From Myxococcota bacterium (GTDB lineage Bacteria; Myxococcota_A; Polyangia; Nannocystales; Nannocystaceae): a DNA stretch of 64,000 bases. The notes below the pieces were generated by a model that saw only the letters and a list, made by a program, of their open reading frames with translations, was not told the origin of the DNA and ran no database searches. Shown here piece after piece: positions 61,901-64,000 of the stretch; position 1 is the first letter of the stretch; each line of letters opens with the position of its first letter. A program made the translations under genes and the position numbers. The DNA lies in contig JBCCHT010000021.1 in NCBI GenBank assembly GCA_039028615.1, forward strand, positions 1 to 64,000, in the 5' to 3' direction.

Positions 61901-62771
61901 TAGCATCGACTCGACGTTGTGGACGGTCGATGGCCTGGGTGACCGTGACGACCAGAACTTGTCGGTGCTGATCGGGCGCCCGCTCGCCCTCGTGCGGGCG
62001 CGGCTACGCATGCGGCTGCATGGGCCTGCCGTGACCGCGTCCGACTGGGCGCACACCCGGCTCGACTGGTCCACGCCGGATGTCCCGGACTTCGTCAGCT
62101 ACAAGTTCGGCATTCGCATCGGGGACCAAGCCACGCGCGAAGACGGTGTGATCGGGTACTACGCCGATACCGACTATTCGACCTTCAACAGCGTGGTCGC
62201 TCCAGACACGGCGAGCCCCCAGACCTACGTGAAACAGATCGGCCCCATCGGCCAAGCGACGGGCGGCAACTTCATCGATCTCGACTATGAGGATGGCAGC
62301 CAGCAGTACTTGAGCATTTTGGTGGATCCACGCGCCGCGATGCATGCGATCACGGGCGTGTTACCGGCAAAGAAGGTCAACATCCCCGCCGGTTTGGTGG
62401 AGCGGGCGCTGACGAAGATGGAGGTCGGCTTCACGCTGGGGCCCATCCTGACCGAGATCCGCGAGACGCCGACCCAGGGCGGCACGAAGCCCGCCCACCC
62501 CATGGCAATCTCCATCCCTTCGCCAGCCGAGCAAGGCGGCACGTGGTCGTGGTGGGAAGGCGACGGCAAGGGGCACTGGACCGGCTACGACCTCACGACC
62601 TCGACGACGACGGCCAAGCTCGAGGACACGCCCAACACGCTGCGCGAAGGCACCTTGCAGCTGACCATCGATCTCGACAGTGGTGGCGCGGGCTCGGACA
62701 ACGGAGGTGAATCAGGAGACGCTCCAGATCCAGGGAGCGTGGCCCACGTCGTCAGGCAACGCAGTCACTAA
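58905..62771 (+). CDS. Uncharacterised protein (1288 aa) of the DUF6603-type cluster
   Basis: TGATG overlap; LHWSLP, VPNRWLVVR, LSYMVVGWY, W.PLYVEW, DKFGR, PIGGW.LPNHLD, GRPLALVRA, DGVIGYY, HAITGVLP motifs. Confidence 0.85.
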   Translation: MKRATTVTTPQLVVPVNLDVLLVNQQLTTRDGHLRWWQFNYIALKNWLSPEPTAGDRDSGVNQPGAYLHWSLPRSLRQGTQDRKDTSINYPLVPNRWLVVRVSGTTTRTATAWVVESDCPFGAAIQTRFPSIDVGQSSQYLVTPEIIQGWLASADAYRKDTTLSPTSTDPQVANIGVAFPQSSWSERAASDHGFLTAMGPGNEAFSTYYAHNVGVFSMYDDLSGVDKDTLSYMVVGWYANPSDDVLAQAQASADAYNELLSQLKWTPDEGATAQCATSVYQGMALGLDWDPSGSPPPNDPLEKTREAKSLTVSLGNSTIDAFTALVSKQLTTAGHSNQTVQLLEAFHYNLLPVINQVNGPALLAEEIRDSWYGSKPGGYGWTIVDKKSNGEAETQLTTAEAAWLAQLNSDQANLDEALSELFQLQWDLNATWYKSNLLPTLFPAPDNTPSQSDLDAALDPKTSHGITAQVVSQYNKVNALFEKVPRPISTNASNPQQAQQAGIAAFAATKSLDSAKTLKAVTAGRYYKATNPVMMLSGVQPPADSDPNQALQVRTTSTLVTAFSAASTTIDAAKLGSTIPALPSVANLNAAVPALMAEFFLLDPSNAPVIATALSISESDVQSVMTGHQAANYTGPLPELDLRLWQQQWSPLYVEWKIKYTHIPYQNKAGTTRYWSFDGTGYQYTPGGTAPTTTDREVSGISMLGPSAQFVFKKRLEDYLKKYPNADLSQLDQWIEQIDDWKFLSQELTGFHDLLAMHDHRAFRRPIDSDRVGSGPALSVADLAGFPTGSKQGATTLPSSFQGNVGSLPNLPNGPVYEFQGVRSGQGYFEMLRLYDKFGRTLWIIEEGESTGLHDAANFPLIRDPDLTPDPAHTVPTGIAAVAQFPPTCLQESRLEFDLVDATEETKVLDRSAGVNPIGGWVLPNHLDGSILLFSPTGEALGEYRLFAQDGGTKQGAWTAPAHSQIETLADVQAAAPLLHSMITASGFGTQAAFETFLDSIDSTLWTVDGLGDRDDQNLSVLIGRPLALVRARLRMRLHGPAVTASDWAHTRLDWSTPDVPDFVSYKFGIRIGDQATREDGVIGYYADTDYSTFNSVVAPDTASPQTYVKQIGPIGQATGGNFIDLDYEDGSQQYLSILVDPRAAMHAITGVLPAKKVNIPAGLVERALTKMEVGFTLGPILTEIRETPTQGGTKPAHPMAISIPSPAEQGGTWSWWEGDGKGHWTGYDLTTSTTTAKLEDTPNTLREGTLQLTIDLDSGGAGSDNGGESGDAPDPGSVAHVVRQRSH

Positions 62772-62807
62772 AGCCCCATTCGAGCCCCAAGACCGAAAGA
62801 AAATCCC

Positions 62808-64000
62808 ATGGCCCCGACCCCGCCCATTCTCGAATACCAGTTCTCGACGTTTCCCTCTCAGCTACAGGTCAGCACCCCTGATACGGAGGCCCAAGGGCGG
62901 ATCGACGTCAGCGTATCCAGCGGTGCCACGCCGAAGTATTGCAGCATCATTCGCATCGCAATTCCCCTGGGGACGGACCCGACGGAGTTCGGCCCGGGTC
63001 CACTCACCGCGTCGGTGAGCAGTGCGAAATGGACTCTCTCCGACCATGACATCGTCCCTGCCAGCACGTTCGGCCTGAACACTCAGACTCAGTACGCGCG
63101 CTTTACCTTCAATGCCCGCGACGCCACGGCCTACAAGATCGACTACAACCTCGTCTTCAGCGTGCAGGGGGCGGTCAACCAGAGCATCGGCAGCTTCGGC
63201 TATCTGGTTCAAGAGACCTCGGGCACCAGCTCGACCAACCTCACCCCAAAGCAGGGGACCTTCCCCCTGACCAAGGTCACGCCGTTCTTCTATCTCGAGA
63301 ACCTGGTCACGACCACCACCACCGCCCCCCTGGTTCCCGCCTCGCAGTTCGCCAACAGCACCGCCATTCGCCTCGCCTGGGAGAGCAATGGCACCTGGTT
63401 CCAGGTCTTCGAGAAGGGGAACACCACACCGCTCTATTCCGGGCCCAACAAGACCTTCACCGTTCCCGCTGGAGCGGCGACCGACACCACCTACTACGTC
63501 CAGGCTGCAGTGACCCAAGATCCGGCGGGGGACACGGCCAGCTTCGAACCGATCTACTTGTACGAGTCGGCCACCGTCACCATCACGAACCCGGACCTGA
63601 CCCCGAACAGCTCGATCGTCACCGGAAACTTCAAGGCGATGTTCGGGGCAGACGTTGGTCCGTTCACCGCGACCACGGGGGCCCTCTCCCATGCGATGAC
63701 CAACTCGAGCGGCACCAACGCTACGCTCATCCTGACCAACAAGACGGCGTACGCCAGCGGCGACCAGCCGTCCGGACTCATGGTCAACGTCGTGAAATCG
63801 ACCGATGTCGCGATCCGGACCTCCGGGATCATCGAGGTCGATGTCCCGGCCAAGAGCACCGCGATCAAGACCGTCGGCACGATCGTGGTGACCGTACCGG
63901 TCACCAGCGACATCGCGTTCAGTACCAACGGGGTCATCAAGTCGGCGTCCGGCCTCACCGCGACCACCATGCTCGAGACGAGCGAAGGGCCCCGGCCGGC
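62808..64000 (+). CDS. Thr/Ser/Val-rich beta-strand protein, partial (runs off the window); fibre/adhesin-like
   Basis: Hand-translated open frame of ~397 codons from ATG 62808 (MAPTPPILEYQFSTFPSQLQVSTP...MLETSEGPRP); absent from the ORF track because no stop lies in the window. Confidence 0.85.
   Translation, partial: MAPTPPILEYQFSTFPSQLQVSTPDTEAQGRIDVSVSSGATPKYCSIIRIAIPLGTDPTEFGPGPLTASVSSAKWTLSDHDIVPASTFGLNTQTQYARFTFNARDATAYKIDYNLVFSVQGAVNQSIGSFGYLVQETSGTSSTNLTPKQGTFPLTKVTPFFYLENLVTTTTTAPLVPASQFANSTAIRLAWESNGTWFQVFEKGNTTPLYSGPNKTFTVPAGAATDTTYYVQAAVTQDPAGDTASFEPIYLYESATVTITNPDLTPNSSIVTGNFKAMFGADVGPFTATTGALSHAMTNSSGTNATLILTNKTAYASGDQPSGLMVNVVKSTDVAIRTSGIIEVDVPAKSTAIKTVGTIVVTVPVTSDIAFSTNGVIKSASGLTATTMLETSEGPRP

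Noticed and set aside
52187..64000. Prophage, T6SS, eCIS or Tc toxin locus
   Set aside because: No sheath, tube, baseplate, VgrG, capsid, terminase, SpvB or RHS motifs recognised

Overview
GC-rich bacterial DNA. Gene content (two giant Ser/Thr kinase-TPR proteins, many lipoproteins, Roadblock/DUF4388 proteins, an ECF sigma) suggests a myxobacterium such as the Nannocystales; this is inference. 1-6.4 kb looks like core genome: a ~253-bp-period tandem repeat, serine acetyltransferase, a Fis-like HTH protein, a REC-DUF4388-Roadblock / Roadblock / PAS histidine kinase operon and tRNA-Phe(GAA). After the tRNA the window becomes an accessory mosaic: two decayed copies of a tyrosine integrase, an FHA / kinase / ECF sigma module, bestrophin, a sulfatase, many LysR and AraC regulator cassettes, carbamate kinase, a GNAT-like plus DES1-like desaturase pair, two candidate peptide precursors, a GGDEF protein, a lower-GC DUF4407-like gene and an IS66 with frameshifted TnpC. 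The most notable feature is a tightly coupled operon of at least five genes (50.7 kb to beyond 64 kb): a predicted GT-A glycosyltransferase-like protein, a 1462-aa DUF6603-like protein, two large uncharacterised proteins and a Thr/Ser/Val-rich fibre-like ORF. It is a candidate uncharacterised macromolecular (possibly effector-delivery) system. All domain calls come from motif recognition by eye; no searches were run.
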